Shown here piece by piece: positions 1 to 7,389 of a stretch of 16,291 bases of DNA. Made by a program: the position numbers and the translations under genes. The stretch's first letter is position 1; each line of letters begins with the position of its first letter. This stretch comes from Candidatus Iainarchaeum sp. (GTDB lineage: Archaea; Iainarchaeota; Iainarchaeia; Iainarchaeales; Iainarchaeaceae), in assembly GCA_038895675.1 (NCBI GenBank), contig JAWANB010000011.1, positions 5,958 through 22,248 on the forward strand, given 5' to 3'. Below the pieces are notes generated by a model. It searched no databases. It was not told the DNA's origin and saw only the letters and a program-made list of their open reading frames with translations.

Positions 1-1
1 T

Positions 2-1405
2 CAGGCAAGGCCTGAGACTGTGCAAAGTAGAAGGAAAAAGGAGCAAATTGAAGTCTATTCTTTGAAAGGTAAAGGGAAAGTAATTGTTGAAGGCAGTGCT
101 ATTGGCGAAAAAGTTAGTTTCGGTAGGTCTCATGTTATTAAGGATGTGCATAAGATTTCTGAGTTTAAGCCTGGTGAGGTTTTGGTTACTGACATTACTG
201 ATCCTGATTGGGAGCCTATAATGAAAATAGCTTCTGCCATTGTTACTGATAGAGGCGGTAGGACGAGCCATGCTGCTATTGTTAGTCGTGAGCTTGGTTT
301 GCCTGCTGTTGTTGGTTGTTCTGTTGCAACTTCTAAAATTAAGACTGGCGACTTTGTTACTGTTTCTTGTGCTGAAGGTGAAATTGGTAAAGTTTATGAT
401 GGTAAAATTGCTTTTGAAGTAAAGAAAATTGATTTGGCTTCTATTCCTTCAACTAAGACAAAAATAATGATGAACGTTGGCAATCCTGACCAGGCTTTTA
501 GTTTGAGTTTTTTGCCTAACGATGGCGTTGGTTTGTGTCGTGAAGAATTTATTGTCACTTCATATATAAAGTTGCATCCTTTGGCTGCTCTTTATCCTAA
601 AAAGGTTAGTGATGAAAAAGTTAGGGCTGAGATTTTTGCTATTTCTAAGGCTTATGGTTCTCCTAAAGAGTTTTATGTTAGGAAGCTTGCTGAAGGTGTT
701 GCGACTATTGCTGCTGCTTTTTATCCTAAGGATGTTATTTTGCGTTTCTCTGACTTTAAGAGTAATGAGTATGCTAATTTGCTTGGCGGTAAAGACTTTG
801 AGCCTAAGGAAGACAATCCTATGATTGGTTGGCGTGGTGCTTCTCGTTATTATTCTGAGGCTTACAAGGATGCTTTTGTTCTTGAGTGCGAGGCTGTTAA
901 GATTGTTAGGGATGAAATGGGTTTGGTGAATCTTAAGGTCATGGTGCCTTTTTGCAGGACTGTCGAGGAAGGGAAAAAGGTTTTGGAGGTAATGGCTTCA
1001 AACGGGCTTAAAATTGGTAAGAATGGTTTAGAGGTTTATGTTATGTGTGAAATACCTTCTAATGTTATTCTTGCTGAGGAATTTTGTAAGGTTTTTGATG
1101 GTTTTTCTATAGGCAGTAATGACTTGACTCAACTTACTCTTGGTCTTGATAGAGACTCTGAGTTAGTGGCTCACATTTATGATGAAAGAAACGATGCTGT
1201 AAAGTCTTTGATTTCTCAGGTCATTTCTGTTGCTAAAAAGAATAAGCGTAAGATAGGCATTTGCGGGCAAGCTCCTTCAGATTATCCTGATTTTGCTCAG
1301 TTTTTGGTCGAGCAAGGAATTGATTCTATTTCTCTTAATCCTGACACTGTAGTAAAAACGAGGCTTGCTATTGCCAAAAAGGAAAAGGATTTGGAAAAAA
1401 AGTGA
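2..1405 (+). CDS. ppsA: Phosphoenolpyruvate synthase (pyruvate, water dikinase), 5'-truncated by the window edge
   Basis: Frame is open from nt 2 (QARPETV, so GTG at 20 is internal). Has the phospho-His motif GGRTSHAAIVSRELG and C-terminal motifs DGVGLCREEF, RFSDFKSNEY, NPMIGWRGASRY, FSIGSNDLTQLTLG, GICGQAPSD. Confidence 0.96.
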   Translation, partial: QARPETVQSRRKKEQIEVYSLKGKGKVIVEGSAIGEKVSFGRSHVIKDVHKISEFKPGEVLVTDITDPDWEPIMKIASAIVTDRGGRTSHAAIVSRELGLPAVVGCSVATSKIKTGDFVTVSCAEGEIGKVYDGKIAFEVKKIDLASIPSTKTKIMMNVGNPDQAFSLSFLPNDGVGLCREEFIVTSYIKLHPLAALYPKKVSDEKVRAEIFAISKAYGSPKEFYVRKLAEGVATIAAAFYPKDVILRFSDFKSNEYANLLGGKDFEPKEDNPMIGWRGASRYYSEAYKDAFVLECEAVKIVRDEMGLVNLKVMVPFCRTVEEGKKVLEVMASNGLKIGKNGLEVYVMCEIPSNVILAEEFCKVFDGFSIGSNDLTQLTLGLDRDSELVAHIYDERNDAVKSLISQVISVAKKNKRKIGICGQAPSDYPDFAQFLVEQGIDSISLNPDTVVKTRLAIAKKEKDLEKK

Positions 1406-1431
1406 ATTAAAGGCTTGTTGTAAAGTTTGTT

Positions 1432-1504
1432 TGGGCCCGGCAGGAATTGAACCTGCTACCTCCACCGTGTCAAGGTGACGTCATAACCGATAGACCACGG
1501 GCCC
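1432..1504 (-). tRNA. tRNA-Val(GAC), intronless, CCA not encoded
   Basis: Reverse complement folds as a cloverleaf: acceptor GGGCCCG/CGGGCCC, anticodon arm TCACC-TT GAC AC-GGTGG, T arm GCAGG-TTCAATT-CCTGC, discriminator A. Confidence 0.96.
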
Positions 1505-1546
1505 CTCATTATTTTGTTTTTAGTTTGGTTTTAAATTATTTTATTT

Positions 1547-1619
1547 TGGACCTTGCGGGACTCGAACCCGCCGTCTCATGCCTGCCAGGCATGCGTGTTA
1601 GCCTCTACACTAAAGGCCC
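1547..1619 (-). tRNA. tRNA-Ala(GGC), intronless, CCA not encoded
   Basis: Acceptor GGGCCTT/AAGGTCC with the G3:U70 alanine identity pair; D stem GTGT/ACAC; anticodon arm CATGC-CT GGC AG-GCATG; T arm GCGGG-TTCGAGT-CCCGC; discriminator A. Confidence 0.96.
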
Positions 1620-1640
1620 CTTAATTTAGTTTTTTGTCAA

Positions 1641-1656
1641 TATAATTTTAAATAAG
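1641..1656 (-). promoter_or_regulatory. Candidate TATA box for the tRNA-Ala/tRNA-Val pair
   Basis: Minus strand reads TATTTAAAATTATA about 25-35 nt upstream of the tRNA-Ala 5' end. The AT-rich background makes this weak. Confidence 0.35.
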
Positions 1657-1676
1657 TGGGCAGAGTTTTTGTTTCA

Positions 1677-2033
1677 TTATTTTTTATCTTCGTTTTTTAG
1701 TTTTTTTATCGTGCCTGAAACTTTTATTATTGTAGGTATTACTTTTTCTCCTTTTATTTCTTGCATGAACAATAAACCTGCTTTTGTTTTGTCTATTGTT
1801 TCTAAACTGCATCTTATTATTCCAATTTTTTCTTTTTGGTTCCATTCTATCAGCCAAACTTTTTGTTGTGCTATTCCATAGTCTCCGTAAATAGTTGTTA
1901 ATGTTTCGTTTATTGTTTCGTTTATTTCTTTTTCACTTATTGTTTGGTTTGTGATTATTTTGAATTTTATGTACCTTTTTTTTCCTTTAAGGTACTTTGG
2001 TATTGGGTTAGTGCTTTTTTTTTCTTTCGTCAT
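1677..2033 (-). CDS. rnp2: RNase P protein component 2 (Pop5/Rpp14)
   Basis: PKYLKGKKRYIKFKI start, IYGDYG, GIIRC and C-terminal VSGTIKKLK match the archaeal Pop5 pattern; 118 aa; lies with rpp30 and rpl15e. Confidence 0.92.
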   Translation of the reverse strand: MTKEKKSTNPIPKYLKGKKRYIKFKIITNQTISEKEINETINETLTTIYGDYGIAQQKVWLIEWNQKEKIGIIRCSLETIDKTKAGLLFMQEIKGEKVIPTIIKVSGTIKKLKNEDKK

Positions 2034-2569
2034 TTTAGTTCATCCAGGTCTTTTATTTTGGCTAATTCAAGTAATTCTTTTTCTATTTTCTCAGCGTTTT
2101 GTGTTGTTGAAAGTATTTCTTTCATTTTTTGTTCTGATTTTTTTCCGTACTTTTCTTTCAAATACTCGTATCTTTCTTTTAGACTTACTATTTTATCATG
2201 CGTCACTCTTTTGTCTGCATACCATATTATTTTTGCTTCTAATGGTGTTTTTTCGTTGAAATTATTTACTTCTTCCAAACCGTGCATTTTAAGTAATTTG
2301 CCGAATTCTTTGTAGCCTTCTTTCGCTAATACTTTTTCTGCTTCTGTTGCGTGTCTACAATCATTTTTTATGCAATGTATTTTCATTAGGTCATGTAGTA
2401 GTGCGCCTTTGTCAATTGCCTCTAAGTCTATTTTTTTTCCGTTTTCTTTTATTTTTTTTGCTATAAAATTAGCTACTTTTCTTACTTGTTCAGAGTGTGC
2501 TCTTACGTTTTCTGTCATTTCGTATTTTTGTATTAATTCTAAGCACTTTTCTTTTGTTGGGACTTTCAT
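2030..2569 (-). CDS. HD-superfamily (HDIG-like) metal-dependent phosphohydrolase
   Basis: Full H...HD...H...H...D ligand set: RAHSEQV, GALLHDLMK, RHATE, KMHG, KIIWYADKRV. ATGA overlaps with both neighbours. Confidence 0.88.
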   Translation of the reverse strand: MKVPTKEKCLELIQKYEMTENVRAHSEQVRKVANFIAKKIKENGKKIDLEAIDKGALLHDLMKIHCIKNDCRHATEAEKVLAKEGYKEFGKLLKMHGLEEVNNFNEKTPLEAKIIWYADKRVTHDKIVSLKERYEYLKEKYGKKSEQKMKEILSTTQNAEKIEKELLELAKIKDLDELK

Positions 2570-3159
2570 GTTAATCTTTCCTCTAATTTTTTCGTGTTTT
2601 CTTTGATGGTTTTTATAGCGTTTTCTTTTTTCATTCCAAGCGTTATTAGAAAAGAAACTAAGTCTTTTGGTGCTCTTATTTGGTGTTGATTTTTTGCTCC
2701 TGAAAATATTAGTGTTTTTGCTTTTGTTTTTTCAAGAAGTTTTATTGATTGCATGGCGTTTTTCATTAGTAATTGTCTTTGTTGTTTTTGTTTTTCTAAG
2801 AATTCCGAGAAGAGTATTGCTGTAAATACTTCGTTTTTAGCTAACATTTCTGCTGTTTGTCTGTCTATAAAATTTTTTTCTGTGGTAAAAGGTTGTATTA
2901 TCATGTCTATTGTTTTTGAGCTTGCTGCCCACATGCAGTCGTTTGGGTTTTTGCAATTTATTGCTGTTATTTTGTCTTTTTTTTTGTATGACTCTTTTTT
3001 TTCTATTAGGTTGCATTCTATTATTTTTATTTTTTTTAGTTTTTCTTTTTCTATAATTTCTTCTTCGTGATTTTTTTGCGGTATTATTACTTTTGTTATG
3101 TTGAGTTCTTCTAATAGTTTTTCGTTAATTGCTTGTTTCCATAGAAAGTCCGTTTGCAT
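2566..3159 (-). CDS. rnp3: RNase P protein component 3 (Rpp30), divergent
   Basis: C-terminal FSGAKNQHQIRAPKDLVSFLITLGMKKENA fits the Rpp30 SGA...R.P.DL....LG pattern; canonical position after rpl15e. N-terminal half is divergent. Confidence 0.82.
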   Translation of the reverse strand: MQTDFLWKQAINEKLLEELNITKVIIPQKNHEEEIIEKEKLKKIKIIECNLIEKKESYKKKDKITAINCKNPNDCMWAASSKTIDMIIQPFTTEKNFIDRQTAEMLAKNEVFTAILFSEFLEKQKQQRQLLMKNAMQSIKLLEKTKAKTLIFSGAKNQHQIRAPKDLVSFLITLGMKKENAIKTIKENTKKLEERLT

Positions 3160-3225
3160 TAATGACTATTCCTTTTTTTGCTTTTAAAATATTATTGCTT
3201 TTTTTTGTTGAAGTTTTTATTTTTT

Positions 3226-3822
3226 TTATTTTGCTTTTCTTGAGTGTGCTCTTAAACTTGGATAATTTTTTTCGTGTCCTTTGCCTTTCTTTAGTCCTCT
3301 GCCTTTTTTTCCAGCTGAAGTTAAGCCTCTTTCTGCTCTGCCTTTTTTTGCTAATGCGTTTTTTGTGTTCTTGTCTTTTGTTACTGATTTGCTTTTTGTG
3401 TCAGCCATTATTACTTCATAGTAATTGTTTATTCCATCTTCGCCTATCCAGTAACTTCCTATTACTTCGCAGTTAGGGTATTTTTTTGAGGCTCTTTGTT
3501 CTGCTATTCTTTGTTTTGAAATTCTTCTTGTTATGTCTCTTATTGCCATGTGCTTTGGTTTTCTTCCTGATGATGGTCTTGTTTTTATTCCTGCTCCTTT
3601 TCTTACTTTTACTGCTACTACGAATATCCCTTGTTTTGCTTTGTATCCTAAAGACTTTGCTCTTGCTATGTTAGTAGGTTTTTTTATTCTTGTTGTTGTT
3701 TCTTTTTGGTTTCTTTTTTCTAATAATCTTTGTCTGTATAGACTTGCATAATCGTAGTTTTTGTTTTTTTCTTTTTTTGCTTCTTTTTGCATTGTTTTTG
3801 TAAATTGTTTTGTAAAAGTCAT
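3226..3822 (-). CDS. rpl15e: 50S ribosomal protein L15e (eL15)
   Basis: RIKKPTNIARAKSLGYKAKQG, RPSSGRKPKH, QRIAEQRASKKYPNCEVIGSYWIGEDG, RGLTSAGKKGRGL; SD-like AGTGAT just upstream of ATG. Confidence 0.96.
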   Translation of the reverse strand: MTFTKQFTKTMQKEAKKEKNKNYDYASLYRQRLLEKRNQKETTTRIKKPTNIARAKSLGYKAKQGIFVVAVKVRKGAGIKTRPSSGRKPKHMAIRDITRRISKQRIAEQRASKKYPNCEVIGSYWIGEDGINNYYEVIMADTKSKSVTKDKNTKNALAKKGRAERGLTSAGKKGRGLKKGKGHEKNYPSLRAHSRKAK

Positions 3823-4007
3823 TTTTGATCACTGCGCTATTTTTTTTGAACAAAAATTATATATGAGAAAGAATATAAACTTAAAGCTAAATAAAGTTTT
3901 TGCACTTTTTTAAGTGACTAAATTTAAATTAATTGTTTTTTTTTGCCTTTCAATCAGTTTTTTATTGTTTTAGTGTTTTTTAATCATATTGTTGTTTAGT
4001 GTTTTTT
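3823..4007. promoter_or_regulatory. Divergent promoter region between rpl15e (-) and minD (+)
   Basis: Head-to-head genes. TATA-like TTTATA on minus (3879-3874); TTTTTAAG (~3907-3914) and TTTAAA (~3923-3928) on plus. Individual elements are ambiguous. Confidence 0.55.
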
Positions 4008-4802
4008 ATGACTAGAGTGATTTCAGTAATTTCTGGTAAAGGCGGAGTTGGCAAAACTACTATTGCTGTTAACTTGTCTATAGCTCTTGCAAAGCGTAAT
4101 TTGAAGACTTGTCTTATTGATGCAGATATTGCTATGGCTAACACTTCTTTGTTGTTGAATATGCAAAACTCGCCTATTACTCTTCATGATGTTTTGCTTG
4201 GTGAAGCTGCTGTTCATGATGCTGTTTATGATGGCCCTAATGGTTTAAAGTTTGTTCCTTCTGGTTTGAGTCTTGAGAGCTATAGGCGTGTTGACTCTGA
4301 TAGGCTTCATGCTATAATTGATGCTTTGAGGCCCGAATTTGATTTTATAATTCTTGATTGTGCTGCTGGTATTGAGAAAAATGTTTTGGCTGCGATTTCT
4401 TCTTCTGATGAAGTTATTTTAGTTACCATGCCTACTAGCCCAAGTATAGCTGATGTTCTAAAGGCTAAGATTACTGCTCAAAGGTTAGGTGCGAAGCCTA
4501 TTGGTGTTATTTTGAATTTTGTGAGAGATGAGAAAGGCGAGGTTAAGAAGGAGGATATTATGAAGATTCTTGAGTTGCCAGTCATTGGTTCTGTGCCTTA
4601 TGATGATGAAGTTAGGAAAAGTTTTTTGCATGAGAACATGAGGCCTTTTATTATTAGTTCTCCTAATTGTCCTGCTTCTGTTTCAGTAAATAAGATTGCT
4701 GCCAAGATTTCTGGTTTGCCTTTGGTTCAAGAGGAAAAGAAGAAAGGGTTTTTAGATGGTTTTATTAATGCTTTGTTAAACATTTTCAAAGGTAAAAAGT
4801 GA
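4008..4802 (+). CDS. minD: Archaeal MinD-family (MinD/ParA) ATPase
   Basis: Deviant Walker A SGKGGVGKTT, LIDADIAMAN, FIILDCAAG, VPYDDEVRKS, and a C-terminal amphipathic KKGFLDGFINALLNIFKG helix. ATG 4008 preferred over GTG 3999. Confidence 0.92.
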   Translation: MTRVISVISGKGGVGKTTIAVNLSIALAKRNLKTCLIDADIAMANTSLLLNMQNSPITLHDVLLGEAAVHDAVYDGPNGLKFVPSGLSLESYRRVDSDRLHAIIDALRPEFDFIILDCAAGIEKNVLAAISSSDEVILVTMPTSPSIADVLKAKITAQRLGAKPIGVILNFVRDEKGEVKKEDIMKILELPVIGSVPYDDEVRKSFLHENMRPFIISSPNCPASVSVNKIAAKISGLPLVQEEKKKGFLDGFINALLNIFKGKK

Positions 4803-4806
4803 TTTT

Positions 4807-5028
4807 ATGAATTCTTCAAGACCTTTTGATTTTTTGAATAATTCTGTAGGTAAGAATGTTATTGTCGAGTCTCGTTCTGGAGTTTCTTTTAAGGGCGTTC
4901 TAAAATCTTTTGATGTTCACATGAATGTTGTGCTTGAAAATGCGGAGAAATTTGAGAACGGCGAATTAAAAACCAAGTATGACAAGGTTTTGATTCGCGG
5001 CGAGAATGTTCTTCTAATAAGTCCTTGA
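4807..5028 (+). CDS. Sm-like archaeal protein (SmAP1/LSm)
   Basis: RPFDFL helix, Sm1 motif GVLKSFDVHMNVVLENAE, Sm2 motif VLIRGENVLLISP; 73 aa; 4 nt after the minD stop. Confidence 0.95.
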   Translation: MNSSRPFDFLNNSVGKNVIVESRSGVSFKGVLKSFDVHMNVVLENAEKFENGELKTKYDKVLIRGENVLLISP

Positions 5029-5038
5029 TTTAATTCGC

Positions 5039-5110
5039 GTTTATTTTTTATTTTTTGTTTGTTAGTTTCAGTTGTTGTTTTTTTTAGGTCATTTTTTGTC
5101 CTTTGTTTTT
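5039..5110 (+). terminator. T-tract-rich region after the Sm gene (archaeal intrinsic terminator candidate)
   Basis: Several T6-T8 runs right after the stop. The whole strand is T-biased, so specificity is low. Confidence 0.4.
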
Positions 5111-5156
5111 GTGTGTTTATGTTAATTTTTTATTTTTTTAGTGTTTTTGTTGCTTT

Positions 5157-5174
5157 GAAAGTATTATTTATATA
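5157..5174 (+). promoter_or_regulatory. BRE/TATA promoter candidate for the psmA-exosome operon
   Basis: GAAAG at 5157 followed by TTTATATA at 5167-5174, about 50 nt before the psmA start, in a locally A-rich patch. Confidence 0.6.
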
Positions 5175-5223
5175 CCTTACTATAAATGAAATTATAAGTT
5201 TTTGAGAGTGAAGAGTGATTTTT

Positions 5224-5949
5224 TTGTATCCAAGTTCTCAGCCTGCAAATTATGATCGTGCTGCTACAATGTTTTCGCCTGACGGTAGGCTTTATCAAGT
5301 AGAGTATGCTTCTAAAATAGTTTCTCAGGGCACTATGGGTGTTGGTTGTAAGTATGTTGATGGCATTATTTTTGGTGCTGATAAAAAGATTAGTAGTAGG
5401 CTTTTGATTCCTGATTCTATTGAAAAGATTTTTCCTATTGATGACCACATTGTTGCTGTTTCTGCAGGTCTTGTTGGTGATGCCCGTAGGCTTGTTGGCA
5501 TTGCGAGGCAAAAGGCTCAAGAGAATCGGATTTATTATGATAAGCCTATTCAGGTTGAGACTCTTGTAAAGGAGATTTCTAATTTGAAACAGCTTTATAC
5601 TCAGTATGGTGGTATGAGGCCTTTTGGCATTTCTTTTATTGTTGGCGGTGTTGATAGTACTGGCAAGAGGCTTTTTGAGACCGAGCCTTCTGGTGCTCTT
5701 GCTGAGTATCATGCTATTGCTATAGGAAAAAACAGGAATAAGGCAATGGAGTTTTTGGAGAAAGAGTTTAAGGATAATTTGTCTTTCGAGGCTGCTGTTA
5801 GATTGGTCATAAAGTCTCTTGAATTTGGTTTGGATGAAAAAGAAAAAATTGATTTGAAGAGGTTGCAGTTAGTGTATGTTGATTCTTCAAAGTCTTTTAA
5901 GTATTTGTCTCAAGATGATTTGAAGGCTATAGTATCTAACTCTAAGTGA
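5224..5949 (+). CDS. psmA: 20S proteasome alpha subunit
   Basis: YDRAATMFSPDGRLYQVEYA signature, GLVGDARRLV, YTQYGGMRPFG, LFETEPSG. Start placed at TTG 5224 (GAGTGA 5 nt upstream); GTG 5215 is the alternative. Confidence 0.97.
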   Translation: MYPSSQPANYDRAATMFSPDGRLYQVEYASKIVSQGTMGVGCKYVDGIIFGADKKISSRLLIPDSIEKIFPIDDHIVAVSAGLVGDARRLVGIARQKAQENRIYYDKPIQVETLVKEISNLKQLYTQYGGMRPFGISFIVGGVDSTGKRLFETEPSGALAEYHAIAIGKNRNKAMEFLEKEFKDNLSFEAAVRLVIKSLEFGLDEKEKIDLKRLQLVYVDSSKSFKYLSQDDLKAIVSNSK

Positions 5950-6018
5950 ATTGTGTTTTATGTTTAATGTGTTTTTAAGTTTTTTTGAAGTGGAAATTGT
6001 TAAGATGGTAAGATTAAA

Positions 6019-6714
6019 ATGGTAAGAGTTGAAGATGCAGTAATTGCTCGTTTTGAGCATTCTGGTGAAAAGTTTGAGATTTTGGTGGATCCTAATTTAG
6101 CAATGGATTTGAAGCATGGTAAGTCTGTTGATTTTGACGAGTTATTAGCTATTGATAGTGTTTTTAAGGATGCTCACAAGGGTGAAGTTAAGAGTGAAGA
6201 GTCTTTGAAAAAAGTTTTTGGGACTACTAATGTCGTTGAAATAGCTAAGAAAATTATTTTGTCTGGAGAAGTTCAATTAACTACTCAGCAAAGGCGTGAA
6301 ATGATTGAGCGTAAAAAGAATGATGTTGTTGCTTTTATTGTTAAGAATTGCATGAATCCTCAGACTAAGGCTCCTCATCCGCCTCAAAGAATTAAGTTGG
6401 CTCTTGAGGAAATAAAATTCAATTTTGACATTAACAAGTCTACTCCAGAACTTGTTCAGGAGGCTTTAAAAGGCCTTAAAAAGGTTTTGCCTATTTCTAT
6501 GGATAAGTTGAAGGTTGCTGTTAAGATACCTGCTTCTTATGCTGCCAAGTCTATTGGCATTTTAAAGAAGTATGAGGTTAAAAAGGAGGAATGGCAAAAC
6601 GATGGCTCTTTGGTTGCTTTGTTAGAGCTTCCTGCTGGTATAAAGCAGGACTTGTTTAATGAGCTTAATCATCTTACTCATGGTGATTTTGATTCTAAGG
6701 TTCTTGATGTTTAA
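6019..6714 (+). CDS. Ribosome maturation factor SBDS/Sdo1
   Basis: AVIARF..GEKFEILVDP, VFKDAHKG, LKKVFGTT, GEVQLTTQQRR, NPQTKAPHPPQRI, EEWQNDGSL; canonical position between psmA and rrp4. Confidence 0.97.
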   Translation: MVRVEDAVIARFEHSGEKFEILVDPNLAMDLKHGKSVDFDELLAIDSVFKDAHKGEVKSEESLKKVFGTTNVVEIAKKIILSGEVQLTTQQRREMIERKKNDVVAFIVKNCMNPQTKAPHPPQRIKLALEEIKFNFDINKSTPELVQEALKGLKKVLPISMDKLKVAVKIPASYAAKSIGILKKYEVKKEEWQNDGSLVALLELPAGIKQDLFNELNHLTHGDFDSKVLDV

Positions 6715-6729
6715 TTGCGAGGTGTGTTA

Positions 6730-7389
6730 ATGTCTAAAAAGATTGTTATTCCTGGTGAATTAGTTACTGAGGAAAGAAAGAAGCTTGGTTCTCATGTTTT
6801 TGTTAGGGAAGGTAAAATTTATTCTGATTCTTTGGGATTAGTTCAAACAGATTCTGATTTTGCTTCTGTAGTGCCTTTAGAGGGCAAGTATATTCCTAAG
6901 GTTGGGGATGTTGTTATTGGTATTATTGTGAGTGAAAAGTTTGCTGTGTATGGTATTGATATTAATAGTTTTTATCCAAGCTTTATTTTGAAAAAAGAGT
7001 TGAGAGAAGTGCTTAAACCTGGCAGTGTTGTTTCTGCTAAGGTGCTTAAGGTGAATGAGCTTAATGAGGTTGAACTCGGTTTTCCTCGTCTTTTTTTTGG
7101 TGGTGAAGTCTTAGAAATTTCTCCTGTTAAGATTCCTCGTGTCATTGGTCGTGATGGTTCTATGCTTAATGTGCTTAAACAGGGTACTGGGTCAACTATA
7201 ATAGTTGGTAGAAATGGTAGGGTTTGGGCGAAAGGTGGCAATATTGAGTTGCTTAAAGCGGCTTTAAAGAAAATTAGTTCTGAGGCTCACTTGGATAATT
7301 TGACTAATCGTATTGCTGCTTTTTTGAATGTTCCAGAGCCAACTAAAAGTGATTCTAATAATTTTAATTTTGAAGAGGTAGGTGAGTAA
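6730..7389 (+). CDS. rrp4: Exosome RNA-binding cap subunit Rrp4
   Basis: IVIPGE, VPLEGKYIPKVGDVVIG (S1), KIPRVIGRDGSM (KH), IIVGRNGRVW, EAHLDNLTNRI. ATG 6730 follows SD GAGGTG. Confidence 0.95.
   Translation: MSKKIVIPGELVTEERKKLGSHVFVREGKIYSDSLGLVQTDSDFASVVPLEGKYIPKVGDVVIGIIVSEKFAVYGIDINSFYPSFILKKELREVLKPGSVVSAKVLKVNELNEVELGFPRLFFGGEVLEISPVKIPRVIGRDGSMLNVLKQGTGSTIIVGRNGRVWAKGGNIELLKAALKKISSEAHLDNLTNRIAAFLNVPEPTKSDSNNFNFEEVGE

Noticed and set aside
1578..1594. GC-rich near-palindrome CATGCCTGCCAGGCATG
   Set aside because: It is the tRNA-Ala anticodon arm, not an operator or terminator.
1277..1629. ORFs 1277-1465 (-) and 1447-1629 (+)
   Set aside because: They overlap the tRNA genes and the ppsA end; spurious.
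1406..1676. tRNA-targeted integrative element, CRISPR array or IS
   Set aside because: No integrase, transposase or cas genes, no duplicated tRNA 3' end, and no regularly spaced repeats seen in the window.
3903..4007. Inverted repeat CACTT-N4-AAGTG, palindrome AATTTAAATT, and repeated TAGTGTTTTTT upstream of minD
   Set aside because: Short and low-complexity; expected by chance in this composition and not supportable as operators without comparative data.
3160..5223. RNase P RNA or other structured ncRNA near the RNase P protein genes
   Set aside because: Spacers 3160-3225, 3823-4007 and 5029-5223 are short, very AT-rich, and lack GC stems or P4 consensus.
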